Below are positions 1-9,706 of a DNA stretch of 64,000 bases, in pieces. The translations under genes and the position numbers were made by a program. The notes beneath the pieces were generated by a model. It saw nothing but the letters and a program-made list of their open reading frames with translations, was not told where the DNA came from and ran no database searches. Origin of the DNA: Gammaproteobacteria bacterium (GTDB lineage Bacteria > Pseudomonadota > Gammaproteobacteria > Eutrophobiales > Eutrophobiaceae); NCBI GenBank assembly GCA_965215365.1, contig CBDCDS010000003.1:64001-128000 (forward strand). The letters are read 5' to 3'. The first letter of the stretch is position 1, and each line of letters begins with the position of its first letter.

Positions 1-1
1 T

Positions 2-1597
2 ATTGGGCTGAATCAGGAGAGGATGAAAGCCTTGCTCGCTGACGGGTTTAGCGTTAAGGATGAGGAAGCCGCCGGTTCTTATGGCAATGGTCATGTTGTA
101 GCTTTTCCCGCCTCCGACCTGCGTTACGTGCTTTATGGTGGTTTATTTTTGGAGAACCAGACATACAAAACGATCTGCTCCGGACATGTCATTCTGGCAA
201 CAAGAGAGGGCAAGAAAGGAAAGCCGCTTGGTAAAGACGGTTACTTCGTAAACAGGTTAAGAGGTAATTTGTCCGATCCTTATGATTTCCCCGAGAATGG
301 ACAAATTCCGCCCTTGATACGGCAACAACTGGAATGGATAAAAAACGAATGGGAAACCGGGAGCGTCGTATCAATTATCGGCTTTAATCAATTTAGAAAT
401 TCGAGTAACGAAAACACCATTCGGGAAGAAATTTTTCGCACCGCCGCCTGTAATTTTTTTGAAGCAATCAATCGTGACCACTTGGTAATTGAGGTCGAAG
501 AAAAAGGAAATGCTGAATCTTTGAATAAAAATACACTGGAGCAGATACTTGAAAAAAATAAAGAGCAGAAACGTAGCTCGGACAGCTTTTTGTCGGGTAA
601 TCGAGCCTATGAAGCATTTCACGTCCTTAAGCATGGCGACAGGGAGATGGTGCCCACCAACTTGGGAGAAGTAGAAATAGTGGTCAAACATCCGGTTGAA
701 AGTGGCCAAACTCGTGTGGATTTATGCAGGAAAGGCATGTGGATTACTAGCCATTTGCCCAGATTCCAGAATCAATTCGGAAATCTCATACCTTTTCATT
801 GTGTTATACCGTTGTTGGAAAATACGAAATTGAATCGCATCGTGCGTAAGGCTGAGGGACCCTTGCACAACAGCATATCTATCAGTTTGCTGCCTCAGGA
901 TGATAAACAGCAATTTACCGACGTGTTGAAGGCTATCCGGGAAAGGCTTGTTCAAATAGTTCCTCAGATGAATAATGAATCATTCAGGCCTGATGATATT
1001 TTTCGGGTACGCACTGAGGGAATGGTTCGAGGCGACGGTAAACCAAGTGTAACCGGGAGTATGACCAAAGTAAGACGTTACCGAAAGCCACAAGAAGCTC
1101 AACAACGGGGCGAGGAGCAGAGTGGCCCCGATGGAACCGGAGTTGGGGGGGGTGGGGGCAGTTACAATGTAAACCGTTCCGGTTCTTTTCGGCGTCAAGG
1201 CAGCCAAATGCAATTTCGGGGCTTGGTTGTACCGACCGGCCCCAGATCTTGCATGGCCAATATTGTATCTGGGGAAAAGACTCAAGAAAGTGAGATTCGT
1301 TTTGTTTTGGATGAAAACATTGATGTTACCTCCGATGGCGCAATCAATGATCTGCTTGTCAGTATCGATCCGGATAGTCTGCGGGTGAATGGTGTACCAG
1401 TTCGAGAAGATCGGTTAAGAAAAGATGATAAAGGTAATGTATTGGGAGTTATGCTTAGCGATTTGCAAAAAAATCAAGAATCCGAGATTGAAATGGACTA
1501 CACCATTCCGGACGATCTGTTGGTGAGAGATGACCAAAAAGTAGTGCTGAAAGTCGAGATGGTGCGGCGCGCATCTACTGACAAAAAGGCCAGATAA
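2..1597 (+). CDS. GHKL (HSP90/MORC-like) ATPase-domain protein, 5'-truncated by the window edge
   Basis: Frame is open from base 2 (IGLNQERMKALL...); 'IGL' fits the end of a DNGxG box and is followed by a 'GSYGNG' G2-like box; Gly-rich linker near the C-terminus. Confidence 0.6.
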   Translation: MGLNQERMKALLADGFSVKDEEAAGSYGNGHVVAFPASDLRYVLYGGLFLENQTYKTICSGHVILATREGKKGKPLGKDGYFVNRLRGNLSDPYDFPENGQIPPLIRQQLEWIKNEWETGSVVSIIGFNQFRNSSNENTIREEIFRTAACNFFEAINRDHLVIEVEEKGNAESLNKNTLEQILEKNKEQKRSSDSFLSGNRAYEAFHVLKHGDREMVPTNLGEVEIVVKHPVESGQTRVDLCRKGMWITSHLPRFQNQFGNLIPFHCVIPLLENTKLNRIVRKAEGPLHNSISISLLPQDDKQQFTDVLKAIRERLVQIVPQMNNESFRPDDIFRVRTEGMVRGDGKPSVTGSMTKVRRYRKPQEAQQRGEEQSGPDGTGVGGGGGSYNVNRSGSFRRQGSQMQFRGLVVPTGPRSCMANIVSGEKTQESEIRFVLDENIDVTSDGAINDLLVSIDPDSLRVNGVPVREDRLRKDDKGNVLGVMLSDLQKNQESEIEMDYTIPDDLLVRDDQKVVLKVEMVRRASTDKKAR

Positions 1598-1602
1598 TAA
1601 AT

Positions 1603-2436
1603 ATGTCGAAATTTTCAGACATGGTTCGCGCCTTCCCGTTCCCGGTTCTGGAAGATGGCAACCTGTCTTTTCCTGAAGGTGAATATTTACCTGATATTAC
1701 GAATAACGGCGACGGTTACTCTGCCAGGATATATCACAAAGTAAACAATGCTCCGTTGATCGAACGTTTTATAAATGAAGGGCTTGCGATTTGCTGTTGT
1801 ACAGTTTCAGTCCCCATAACAGGATACAGGGAGTTGTTCACCGGTAGTGGTTTTAATCAAGACCTGCAATGGGATAAAAATTGGGTAGGCGAACCTCCCG
1901 TGCTTCGCCCTTTGATTGTATGCAAGAACCCGATAAGCCACAAACTATGTACAGAAGACGGTGTCCATAGTATGTGGGTCGGGCAGGAAATATCCTTTGA
2001 CAAAGGAGCGAAAATAGCAATCGGACCCGACTTTCGTCCCGTATCGTCAATACAATCTTTGTTGTCCATCGACAAGGATGAGTCACTGGCTTCGGGGCAG
2101 TTCCGCATAGACGAATGTCCCGATAACGGGTTTTATTTCAAAGTCAAGGTAGCTTCGGACTTATATAAATTCCTCCGGAGCCCGGGCGGAGGTGATCACT
2201 CCAAGCATAGCCAAAGTATATTGATACATGCAGTCAGTTCTTGCTTTGCCTTACTTGCCAAAGATTACAGTGAGGAGCATGGCGATAATGGTTGGCAGTC
2301 TCACCCTAATCTTCGTGCACTGGCTAATGAAATGAAGAACAAAGGGTTAAATGTTTGGGGTGAAGACGATTTTTGTCCGGAATTTGCGGCAACCTCTTTG
2401 CATCCGCATCAACTTCCTGTTCCGGAAGAAGAGTGA
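1603..2436 (+). CDS. Hypothetical protein with an N-terminal 'FPFPVL' motif, second gene of the three-gene operon
   Basis: 277-aa ORF 5 bp after the upstream stop; same AT-richer composition. Confidence 0.75.
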   Translation: MSKFSDMVRAFPFPVLEDGNLSFPEGEYLPDITNNGDGYSARIYHKVNNAPLIERFINEGLAICCCTVSVPITGYRELFTGSGFNQDLQWDKNWVGEPPVLRPLIVCKNPISHKLCTEDGVHSMWVGQEISFDKGAKIAIGPDFRPVSSIQSLLSIDKDESLASGQFRIDECPDNGFYFKVKVASDLYKFLRSPGGGDHSKHSQSILIHAVSSCFALLAKDYSEEHGDNGWQSHPNLRALANEMKNKGLNVWGEDDFCPEFAATSLHPHQLPVPEEE

Positions 2437-3308
2437 TTAATGTGTATAAGCAGTTGAGTCCCGAGCAATATACCAAGTTACGAAAAAGCCTTTTATCCGG
2501 AAAAGGTTCTGACCGGCAACGCGAGTTTCTCCATGCCTGCAAATCAAACGAGGATTTTCTTGAATTTGTGCGTAGGGAAGTTGATTCGGTGGGAAACGAA
2601 GAAATTCCTGTTTTTAATGAAAAATTGACTGAACATGAATACAAGGATCCTCCAGGGGATACCGAAGACAATTTTTATACCCTTTTGAAAACAATACCGC
2701 CAGAGACTGCTTGCCGTGTTTCTTTCTGGGGCGAGGTCACTTTAAGACATATCGAAAACAACAATATTAGCGCTTATTATCTGGCAGCAAACGGGGGAAC
2801 ATTATCCGGTGGAGAAGAGCGCATTGACAAATCATTGTCGTCGCAAGGGAGCGTAAAAGACATCGATGCTTGTGTGCGCACCATCCTTCGCCGAATGAGT
2901 GGGCTTCCAGAGGCGCGAGGCAACAGAAGTCAGTACGTGGACTGCCCATTTGGGCGTGCCTGGTGGCGTTCGCGTTTATCTGAAGAAGTTGCAATAACAT
3001 CAAAGTTTCCGCATAAAAAAATTCGTGAACTGCTGAATTTAAGTCAAACATATTGGGAAAGTCTTGTTATCCTGGTAGTGTCAAGAAACTCAATATTAGG
3101 CGATAAAAAGGTCCGACATGCGTTGATCTGGCGCTTGGCAGAGATACTGGAAACGGAACCAAAGAGTAAATTACTTAAATTGACTTCCCTTAATGATTTT
3201 TGTCGATTATTAGGCGTGAGGTGCGCCTGGCAAGAGTTGGGGATTCTTGATCTTGTTGAGGTAAAGAAATTGATCCAGGATGAAATACTATCGTCAACTT
3301 TGGCTTGA
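2433..3308 (+). CDS. Hypothetical protein, possibly DUF6339-like
   Basis: GTG at 2433 overlaps the upstream TGA (GTGA coupling); 'PFGRAWW' resembles the RxWW motif recalled for DUF6339 (family call tentative). Confidence 0.55.
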   Translation: MINVYKQLSPEQYTKLRKSLLSGKGSDRQREFLHACKSNEDFLEFVRREVDSVGNEEIPVFNEKLTEHEYKDPPGDTEDNFYTLLKTIPPETACRVSFWGEVTLRHIENNNISAYYLAANGGTLSGGEERIDKSLSSQGSVKDIDACVRTILRRMSGLPEARGNRSQYVDCPFGRAWWRSRLSEEVAITSKFPHKKIRELLNLSQTYWESLVILVVSRNSILGDKKVRHALIWRLAEILETEPKSKLLKLTSLNDFCRLLGVRCAWQELGILDLVEVKKLIQDEILSSTLA

Positions 3309-3503
3309 GTTGCATTCAATGCCTCAATGTTGTCACTTCGCTTTTTTGGTTACATTTCGCCTGTCTAAGTGTCACCCCCATCACGAAATATTTCATCAAC
3401 CCGCCAGTCTGGCTGACCACACGGTTTCCTTGGATTGATGTTAGAATCGCGGGTCAAATTGTCAGAAAGCAGGTTAATGTTCAAATGTTAAAGGAAACAC
3501 AAG

Positions 3504-4454
3504 ATGTCAATGGCTGATCGCGACGGTGTCATCTGGTTTGACGGGGAGCTGGTTCCCTGGCGCGAGGCGAATGTGCATGTGCTGACCCACACCCTGCATT
3601 ATGGGGTGGGGGTGTTCGAGGGGATGCGCGCCTACGCAACGCCGCGTGGGGCTGCCATTTTCAGGCTGCATGACCACACGCGGCGCATGTTCTCGTCGGC
3701 GCATATCCTGGGCATGCGCCTGCCCTACACCTTCGACGAGATCAACGAGGCCTGTGTTGCGGTAGTACGGGAGAACGGCCTGTCGGAGGCCTACATCCGG
3801 CCCATCTGCTTTTACGGGTCCGAGGGAATGGGACTGCGCGCGGACAACCTGAAGGTGCATGTGGCGGTTGCCGCCTGGGAATGGGGCGCGTACCTGGGCG
3901 CTGAGGGGCTGGAACAGGGCATTCGTATCAGGACCTCGTCTTTCACCCGGCACCACGTCAACATCTCTATGTGCAAGGCCAAGGCGGTCGGTCACTACAT
4001 CAATTCGATACTTGCCTTACATGAAGCCTTGGACTGCGGCTACGACGAGGCGCTGCTGCTGGACAACGAGGGCTATGTCGCCGAGGGCAGCGGTGAGAAC
4101 ATCTTCATCGTGCGCAACGGCGCGATCCACACCCCGGATCTGACTTCCGCCCTGGAAGGAGTGACCCGCGATACCATCCTGGTATTCGCCCGTGAGCTGG
4201 GGCTGGAAGTAAAGGAGAAACGCCTGACCCGAGATGAGGTGTATATCGCCGATGAGGCTTTTTTTACCGGCTCTGCGGCAGAGGTCACGCCCGTGGTGGA
4301 ACTGGACAACCGCACCATCGGCAACGGCCGCCGCGGGCCCGTCACCAGCAAGCTGCAAACCATGTTTTTCGACCAGGTGCAGGGCCGTAAGGTGCGGCAC
4401 CCGGAGTGGCTGACTTATGTGGCAGAGGCTGTTGAGGTCGCGCAAGCGGTATGA
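3504..4454 (+). CDS. ilvE: Branched-chain amino acid aminotransferase
   Basis: MADRDGVIWFDG start; LHYGVGVFEG, EGSGENIF and LEGVTR class IV aminotransferase motifs. Confidence 0.96.
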   Translation: MSMADRDGVIWFDGELVPWREANVHVLTHTLHYGVGVFEGMRAYATPRGAAIFRLHDHTRRMFSSAHILGMRLPYTFDEINEACVAVVRENGLSEAYIRPICFYGSEGMGLRADNLKVHVAVAAWEWGAYLGAEGLEQGIRIRTSSFTRHHVNISMCKAKAVGHYINSILALHEALDCGYDEALLLDNEGYVAEGSGENIFIVRNGAIHTPDLTSALEGVTRDTILVFARELGLEVKEKRLTRDEVYIADEAFFTGSAAEVTPVVELDNRTIGNGRRGPVTSKLQTMFFDQVQGRKVRHPEWLTYVAEAVEVAQAV

Positions 4455-4648
4455 GTGCGCAAGGGGCCAACATGCCGAACGATCGGCAGCATTACGTCAT
4501 CAGCCGCCGCGACCTGCCCTTGCACTGCCCGCTGCCCGGTATGAGTCTGTGGAATTCCCACCCGCGGGTGTACCTGCCGATAGAGGAAACCGGTACCGCC
4601 AAATGCCCCTACTGCGGCGCCGAATTTACGCTGGAAGACACTGACTGA
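4451..4648 (+). CDS. Small zinc-finger (zf-CHCC) protein
   Basis: LPLHCP...HPRVYLPI...CPYCG; ATGA overlap with ilvE. Confidence 0.88.
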   Translation: MSAQGANMPNDRQHYVISRRDLPLHCPLPGMSLWNSHPRVYLPIEETGTAKCPYCGAEFTLEDTD

Positions 4649-4654
4649 GCCGGA

Positions 4655-5620
4655 TTGAAACCCGCCCCCGCAAGCGTAAACAACTCTGTCATCCTCTGGC
4701 AGATCTGTGATGGAAAACGCGGCCACCTGAGCCAGACTCACGGACTGATCGAAGCCTTGCGCCGGCGGGTAGCGCTACGCGTTTATCAGGTCGACGCGCC
4801 ACCGTTGCGGCAGGCGCTGGCCTCCTGTGTGAGTGGAACCCTGAGTTGGGCCGGCGACCTGCCGGCACCGCAAGTGGCGGTCGGCGCCGGTCATGCGACC
4901 CATCTGCCACTGTTGGCCGTGCGGCGTAGCTATCAGGCCAGGGCAGTGGTGTTGATGCGCCCGAGCCTGCCGGTGAGCTGGTTCGACTACTGCCTGGCGC
5001 CGGCCCATGACAACCCACCCAGGCGGGATAACGTTATCACAACCACCGGCGCCCTCAACCCCATGCGGGCAGGCCAGGAGCAGGACCCGGAGCATGGCTT
5101 GATCCTGATCGGCGGCCGGTCCCGGCATTACGGTATGGATACCGAAGCGCTGCTGGCGCGTATCCGACTGCTACTGGCGCGCACCGCGCCCCGGCGTTGG
5201 ACCTTGTCCAATTCCCCGCGCACGCCGGCGCCACTGACCCGGGCCTTGCCGGCGCTGGCAACGGACGCGGTTGAAGTGGTCCCGTGGCAGCGCTGCCCAC
5301 CCGGCTGGATGGCGGCCAACCTAGGGCGCGCGCGCGATGTCTGGGTCACCGAGGACAGTGTGTCCATGATCTGCGAGGCGCTGACGGCAGGTTGCCGTGT
5401 GGGCCTGCTGCCGTTACCGGGAAAATCTGCCGGTCGCTTGCAGCGAGCTATCAAGCAACTGCTTGAACAAGGCTTCGTACACATGTACGATGAATCTGAT
5501 GCTGATGCAGAACTGCCAGTGCCGCCGCGCCGGCTGGATGAAGCCAACCGTTGCGCCGGGCTGCTGCTGGAGAAGGGTTTGTTGCAGTCCATAACCGGCA
5601 CTCTCTCCATTCCGTATTGA
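4655..5620 (+). CDS. ELM1/GtrOC1-family putative glycosyltransferase
   Basis: DGKRGHLSQ, PAHD, LIGG, SNSPRTP and VWVTEDSVSMICEA motifs. Confidence 0.85.
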   Translation: MKPAPASVNNSVILWQICDGKRGHLSQTHGLIEALRRRVALRVYQVDAPPLRQALASCVSGTLSWAGDLPAPQVAVGAGHATHLPLLAVRRSYQARAVVLMRPSLPVSWFDYCLAPAHDNPPRRDNVITTTGALNPMRAGQEQDPEHGLILIGGRSRHYGMDTEALLARIRLLLARTAPRRWTLSNSPRTPAPLTRALPALATDAVEVVPWQRCPPGWMAANLGRARDVWVTEDSVSMICEALTAGCRVGLLPLPGKSAGRLQRAIKQLLEQGFVHMYDESDADAELPVPPRRLDEANRCAGLLLEKGLLQSITGTLSIPY

Positions 5621-5662
5621 TATGTTCAGAGCCACACCGCGATCTCAAGACAGGGCGACCTC

Positions 5663-6778
5663 ATGCCGTTGACAGTACTACAAACCCTGCCGGCGTTGGA
5701 AACTGGCGGAGTCGAGCGCGGGACTGTGGATGTGGCCGCGGAGTTGGCGCGGCGCGGTCAGCGCGCGCTGGTCATCTCCGGCGGCGGCGCGCTGACAGGT
5801 GAACTCGACCGCACCGGCGCTCGGCACCACACCTGGCCGATAGGGAAGAAATCCCCGTTCACCCTGCTGCTGGCGCGCCGCCTGCGGCGTTTCTTACAGC
5901 AGGAAAAGGTGGATATCCTCCATGCCAGCTCGCGTCTGCCGGCCTGGGTCGCATATCTGGCCTGGAGCAACATGCCGGCCGACCAGCGGCCGGCCTTCAT
6001 CACCAGCGTGCATGGGCCTTACCGCGGCGGCCGTTACAGCGCGATTATGACCCGCGGGCAGCGGGTCATAGCCATCTCTAGGTACATTTATGAGTACATC
6101 CTGGCGCAGTACCCAGAGACCGACCCCGGCAAGATCACCATCATCCCGCGGGGCGTGGATGCCGCGCGTTTCTCTCGCGACTACCAGCCTGAGCCGGAAT
6201 GGCTGGCGCGTTGGCGACAAGAGTATCCGCAGCTGGCGGGCAAGGCGCTTATCACCCTGCCCGGCAGGATTACCCGCTGGAAGGGGCATACGGATTTCAT
6301 CGAGATCATTGCGCGCCTGAAGCAGGTGGGGATAAACATACACGGCCTGATTGCGGGGGACGCCGAGCCGGGCCGTCAGAGGTTCCTGCGCGAGTTAATG
6401 CGCACAACAGCCAAGCGCGGACTGGAGGGCGACATCAGCTTCCTCGGACGACGTAGCGACCTGCGAGAAGTGCTCTGCGTCTCCGCTGTGGCGCTGTCGC
6501 TGGCCAATGCCCCCGAAGCCTTCGGCAGGACCGCACTGGAAGCCCTGTCACTGGGGCGACCGGTTGTTGCCTACGCCCACGGCGGCGCCCGGGAGGTACT
6601 GCAAAAACTGCAACCAGACGGTCTGGTTATGCCCGGCAGTGTGGGCGCGGCGGTTGATAAAATCCGGCAGTTCCTTAAAACCCCGCCGCCCATCGCCCGC
6701 AATCAGACCTTCACCCTGCAACAGATGCTGGACCAGACCTTGGCCTTATACGAGCAGGCATGTAGTGGGAACCTCTGA
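5663..6778 (+). CDS. Glycosyltransferase family 4
   Basis: GGVERG, HASSRLPAW, GRITRWKGH, PEAFGRTALEA. Confidence 0.92.
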   Translation: MPLTVLQTLPALETGGVERGTVDVAAELARRGQRALVISGGGALTGELDRTGARHHTWPIGKKSPFTLLLARRLRRFLQQEKVDILHASSRLPAWVAYLAWSNMPADQRPAFITSVHGPYRGGRYSAIMTRGQRVIAISRYIYEYILAQYPETDPGKITIIPRGVDAARFSRDYQPEPEWLARWRQEYPQLAGKALITLPGRITRWKGHTDFIEIIARLKQVGINIHGLIAGDAEPGRQRFLRELMRTTAKRGLEGDISFLGRRSDLREVLCVSAVALSLANAPEAFGRTALEALSLGRPVVAYAHGGAREVLQKLQPDGLVMPGSVGAAVDKIRQFLKTPPPIARNQTFTLQQMLDQTLALYEQACSGNL

Positions 6779-6812
6779 TTTTTATACACAGCGACAGAAA
6801 CAGCACGGTGTT

Positions 6813-6840
6813 CGTCATTCCCGAGAATGCGGGAATCCAG
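6813..6840. repeat. REP/dRS3-like palindrome (GTCATTCCC-N8-GGGAATCCAG)
   Basis: cgtcattcccgagaatgcgggaatccag; related copy at 8041-8068. Confidence 0.75.
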
Positions 6841-7025
6841 TAGGGAAAAGTCCCGAAGGGACACTTTCAACCTCCCTGTAGTTTGCCCCGTTGGGGCCAG
6901 GGCCTGCCCCGGTATGGAGTTGAGCCGGGGGAAGGACGCAACGAGTGACGGTGAGGAAAGCAGGAATGGCAAACGGGGGGGCGAGTAGTTACTCGCTCTT
7001 TATAGAAGTGGCCTGGTGATTCAAT

Positions 7026-7988
7026 ATGAGCCGGGACATACTGATTATCAAACTTGGTGCGTTGGGCGACGCGGTCATGGCGACCGGGCTGGTGGCGCGC
7101 ATAGTACAGCATCACGCGCCGCAGCGTTGCGTGCTCCTTACCAGTGCCGCCTACAGTGAATTATTTGCTGCCCAACCCGGTCTGGAACTGAAGACTTTTG
7201 ACCGCAGCAGCCTGCGTTCCACGCTGGCGGCAGTGCTGTGGCTACGCCAACAGCGATTTGAGCGGATTTACGACTTGCAGTCGAATGACCGTAGCGGCCT
7301 GATGTGTGCGCTGTCCGGCATCCCGCAGCGGGTCGGCAACCACCCGCGCTTTCCCTACAACCTGCGTCCCGGTAGCCGCTACCTCGGCCAAGGCCATATT
7401 CATACCAGGATGCTGACAGTGCTGGAGGCCGCCGGCATTGCCACAGACGCAGCCGCGCCCTGCCTGCATCCCTCTGCAACAGACCGGGCCACCGTGACAG
7501 AGTGGTTACAGACGCGCCGGCTGGCGTCGCGCCGGCTGGCGCTCATGCATGCCGGTGCCAGCGCCGGTCGCCCGGAAAAACGCTGGCCTTATTTTCACGA
7601 GCTGGCACTGGCGCTGGCGCGGCGCGGGTTGTTGACACTCTGGATTGGCGGCGCGGACGACCGGGATATAACTGCCGAACTGGCCCGGGTCACCGGGGTG
7701 GATGCCGGCGGCGCCTTCTCACTGCTGCAACTGGCCGCCCTTACGGCTCACGCGCGCCTTGCCGTCACCAACGATTCCGGCCCTATGCATGTGCTGGCCT
7801 GTGGTTCCATCCCCATCTACGGCCTGTTCGGCCCCAGCGACTGGCGCCGCAACCATGCCGTCGGCCAACGCGCCCGCGTGCTCTCGTTAAACCGGAATGA
7901 ATCCGTCTTCAGACCCACCCGCCTGGCAGACCTGAAACCCGATCAGGCGCTGCGACAACTGGAACAAGATGGCATCCTGGCAGAGTAA
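7026..7988 (+). CDS. Glycosyltransferase family 9 (heptosyltransferase-like)
   Basis: ILIIKLGALGD, KRWP, NDSGPMH, LFGPS. Confidence 0.92.
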   Translation: MSRDILIIKLGALGDAVMATGLVARIVQHHAPQRCVLLTSAAYSELFAAQPGLELKTFDRSSLRSTLAAVLWLRQQRFERIYDLQSNDRSGLMCALSGIPQRVGNHPRFPYNLRPGSRYLGQGHIHTRMLTVLEAAGIATDAAAPCLHPSATDRATVTEWLQTRRLASRRLALMHAGASAGRPEKRWPYFHELALALARRGLLTLWIGGADDRDITAELARVTGVDAGGAFSLLQLAALTAHARLAVTNDSGPMHVLACGSIPIYGLFGPSDWRRNHAVGQRARVLSLNRNESVFRPTRLADLKPDQALRQLEQDGILAE

Positions 7989-8040
7989 CATCGGCACACA
8001 TCTCCTTACCCGTTAAGTCCTGGCCCGGCTATTCCCCGTT

Positions 8041-8068
8041 CGTCATTCTGGCGCAGGCCGGAATCCAG
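8041..8068. repeat. REP/dRS3-like palindrome, second copy
   Basis: cgtcattctggcgcaggccggaatccag. Confidence 0.7.
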
Positions 8069-8127
8069 CAGGCGCGCGCAGCACACTGGCCGCGCAACAT
8101 GGTAGAATCCCCGCCAACGAGCGCCCC

Positions 8128-8919
8128 ATGCCAACTCAACCCCAGCAACCCGACATCCCCCCGGCAGACCGGCTCATCGTCGCACTGGATTTCGACCACG
8201 CGCATGAAGCCAACCGTCTGGTCGAACAACTGGATGGTGTCGTCAACTTCTATAAGGTCGGCTGGCAACTATTTTTAGGTGCCGGCTGGCCGTTCATCAG
8301 TGCCTTGCTGGACGCCGGCAGAAAAGTCTTCCTGGATTTGAAAATCAATGACATAGACCGCACCGTACAGGCGGCCCTGGCCAACATGCCGAATGAATTT
8401 GCCGGCCAATTGGAACTGCTGACCATCCATGGCAACAGCGCCACCGTCAAGGCGGCCAAACTGGGCCGCGGCGCCAATGAGAAACCCTATCTGCTGATGC
8501 TCACCGTCCTGTCCAGCATGGACGCCGCCGACCTGCAGGAACTGTCCGCCACCGACGCCAAACCGGACACGGACAGTATTGTCCTACACCGCGCCCAACA
8601 AGCCCTGGACGCCGGCTGCGAGGGCCTGATCGCCTCCGGCAGCTCAGTACGCGCCCTGCGCCGGCAATTCCCCAATCGGCAATTCCTCATCGTCACCCCC
8701 GGCATCCGCCCCGCCCAAAGCAGCCACGACGACCACAAACGCACCCTCACCCCCAGTCAGGCCATCACCAGCGGCGCCGACTACCTCGTAGTAGGCCGTC
8801 CCATCAGCCAGTCACCCAACCCCCTGCAAGCGGCACAGCGGGTTATTGCGGATATGCAAACTAAATCCTCAGGAGGTGATAACATTCGTAACACAACATA
8901 CGTAACACAACATACGTAA
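8128..8919 (+). CDS. pyrF: Orotidine-5'-phosphate decarboxylase
   Basis: LIVALD, FYKVG, FLDLKINDI, VTPGIR, GADYLVVGRPI. Confidence 0.95.
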   Translation: MPTQPQQPDIPPADRLIVALDFDHAHEANRLVEQLDGVVNFYKVGWQLFLGAGWPFISALLDAGRKVFLDLKINDIDRTVQAALANMPNEFAGQLELLTIHGNSATVKAAKLGRGANEKPYLLMLTVLSSMDAADLQELSATDAKPDTDSIVLHRAQQALDAGCEGLIASGSSVRALRRQFPNRQFLIVTPGIRPAQSSHDDHKRTLTPSQAITSGADYLVVGRPISQSPNPLQAAQRVIADMQTKSSGGDNIRNTTYVTQHT

Positions 8920-8927
8920 CACAACAT
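8887..8927 (+). repeat. 14-bp tandem repeat, three copies (CGTAACACAACATA)
   Basis: Units at 8887, 8901 and 8915 read directly (third lacks the last base). Confidence 0.9.
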
Positions 8928-9007
8928 GGAAAATTCTACAGTACGATAGCAAACGCTCTGCGCTATAATGGAATTGAATTATTTAACGACAGGCCATACC
9001 TCTTCTC

Positions 9008-9403
9008 ATGTCCAATCTTCCTAGCTGGCTGGAACAGTTACGTAAAACCGAAATTGTACAATGGAATCAGCAGCCATCCTGGCGTCCTGTATTTATCATT
9101 TTATCGTATCTTTTAGCAAGTCCGACGCTAGATATTGAACAGATGATAAAAGCCTTGGAAGAACTACTGATAAAACTTGGGAGAGGCCAGGTTACGGTTC
9201 TATATACAAATTCAGAACGGCCAGAAGCTAATGAACACTATCCCGATCTCCGCACGAGACTGTGCAAGATCGGTTTTGAAATACTTGAAGATAACACTGG
9301 AATCATCGAAGTCGAGAGGATGCGCGGTACTCGTAAGCGTCCTCTCAAATACGCGTTATTTCATCGTCTTGCGCTAGATACCCTAACGCTTGGAGATAAC
9401 TGA
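9008..9403 (+). CDS. Hypothetical protein, possibly the C-terminal remnant of a longer gene
   Basis: 131-aa ORF at the start of an AT-richer island; stop abuts the next ATG. Confidence 0.5.
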   Translation: MSNLPSWLEQLRKTEIVQWNQQPSWRPVFIILSYLLASPTLDIEQMIKALEELLIKLGRGQVTVLYTNSERPEANEHYPDLRTRLCKIGFEILEDNTGIIEVERMRGTRKRPLKYALFHRLALDTLTLGDN

Positions 9404-9706
9404 TATGCGCCTCCCTAGCTGGGATGAAATCAACAAGCAGGAAGACCAGCGCAACGTATTGGAATATCCGCTTGATAAGCCCTTAAAAAATCTGTAAAAG
9501 GCCAAGAATTTGACACAGTGTTCATTCTGGAACTCGAATCTCTTATTCCTTGTGAGACTCCTGCGAATAAACGCGCAATGTACATGATGTGCGCCCGCGC
9601 TCGTGATAACCTTTTCCTCATTTACGGCCCTGATATGCTCTCGGTCGAGGCACAAAAGGCTTTGCCCGGGCCAGATGTGCTAAAGCGCGACTGTGAACTC
9701 CCTTAA
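9404..9706 (+). pseudogene. UvrD/SF1-like helicase remnant with a large internal deletion
   Basis: GGAG RBS, then MRLPSWDEINKQEDQRNVLEYPLDKP (stops before any Walker A) joined out of frame to SVKGQEFDTVFI...YMMCARARDNL (SF1 motifs V/VI). Confidence 0.7.
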
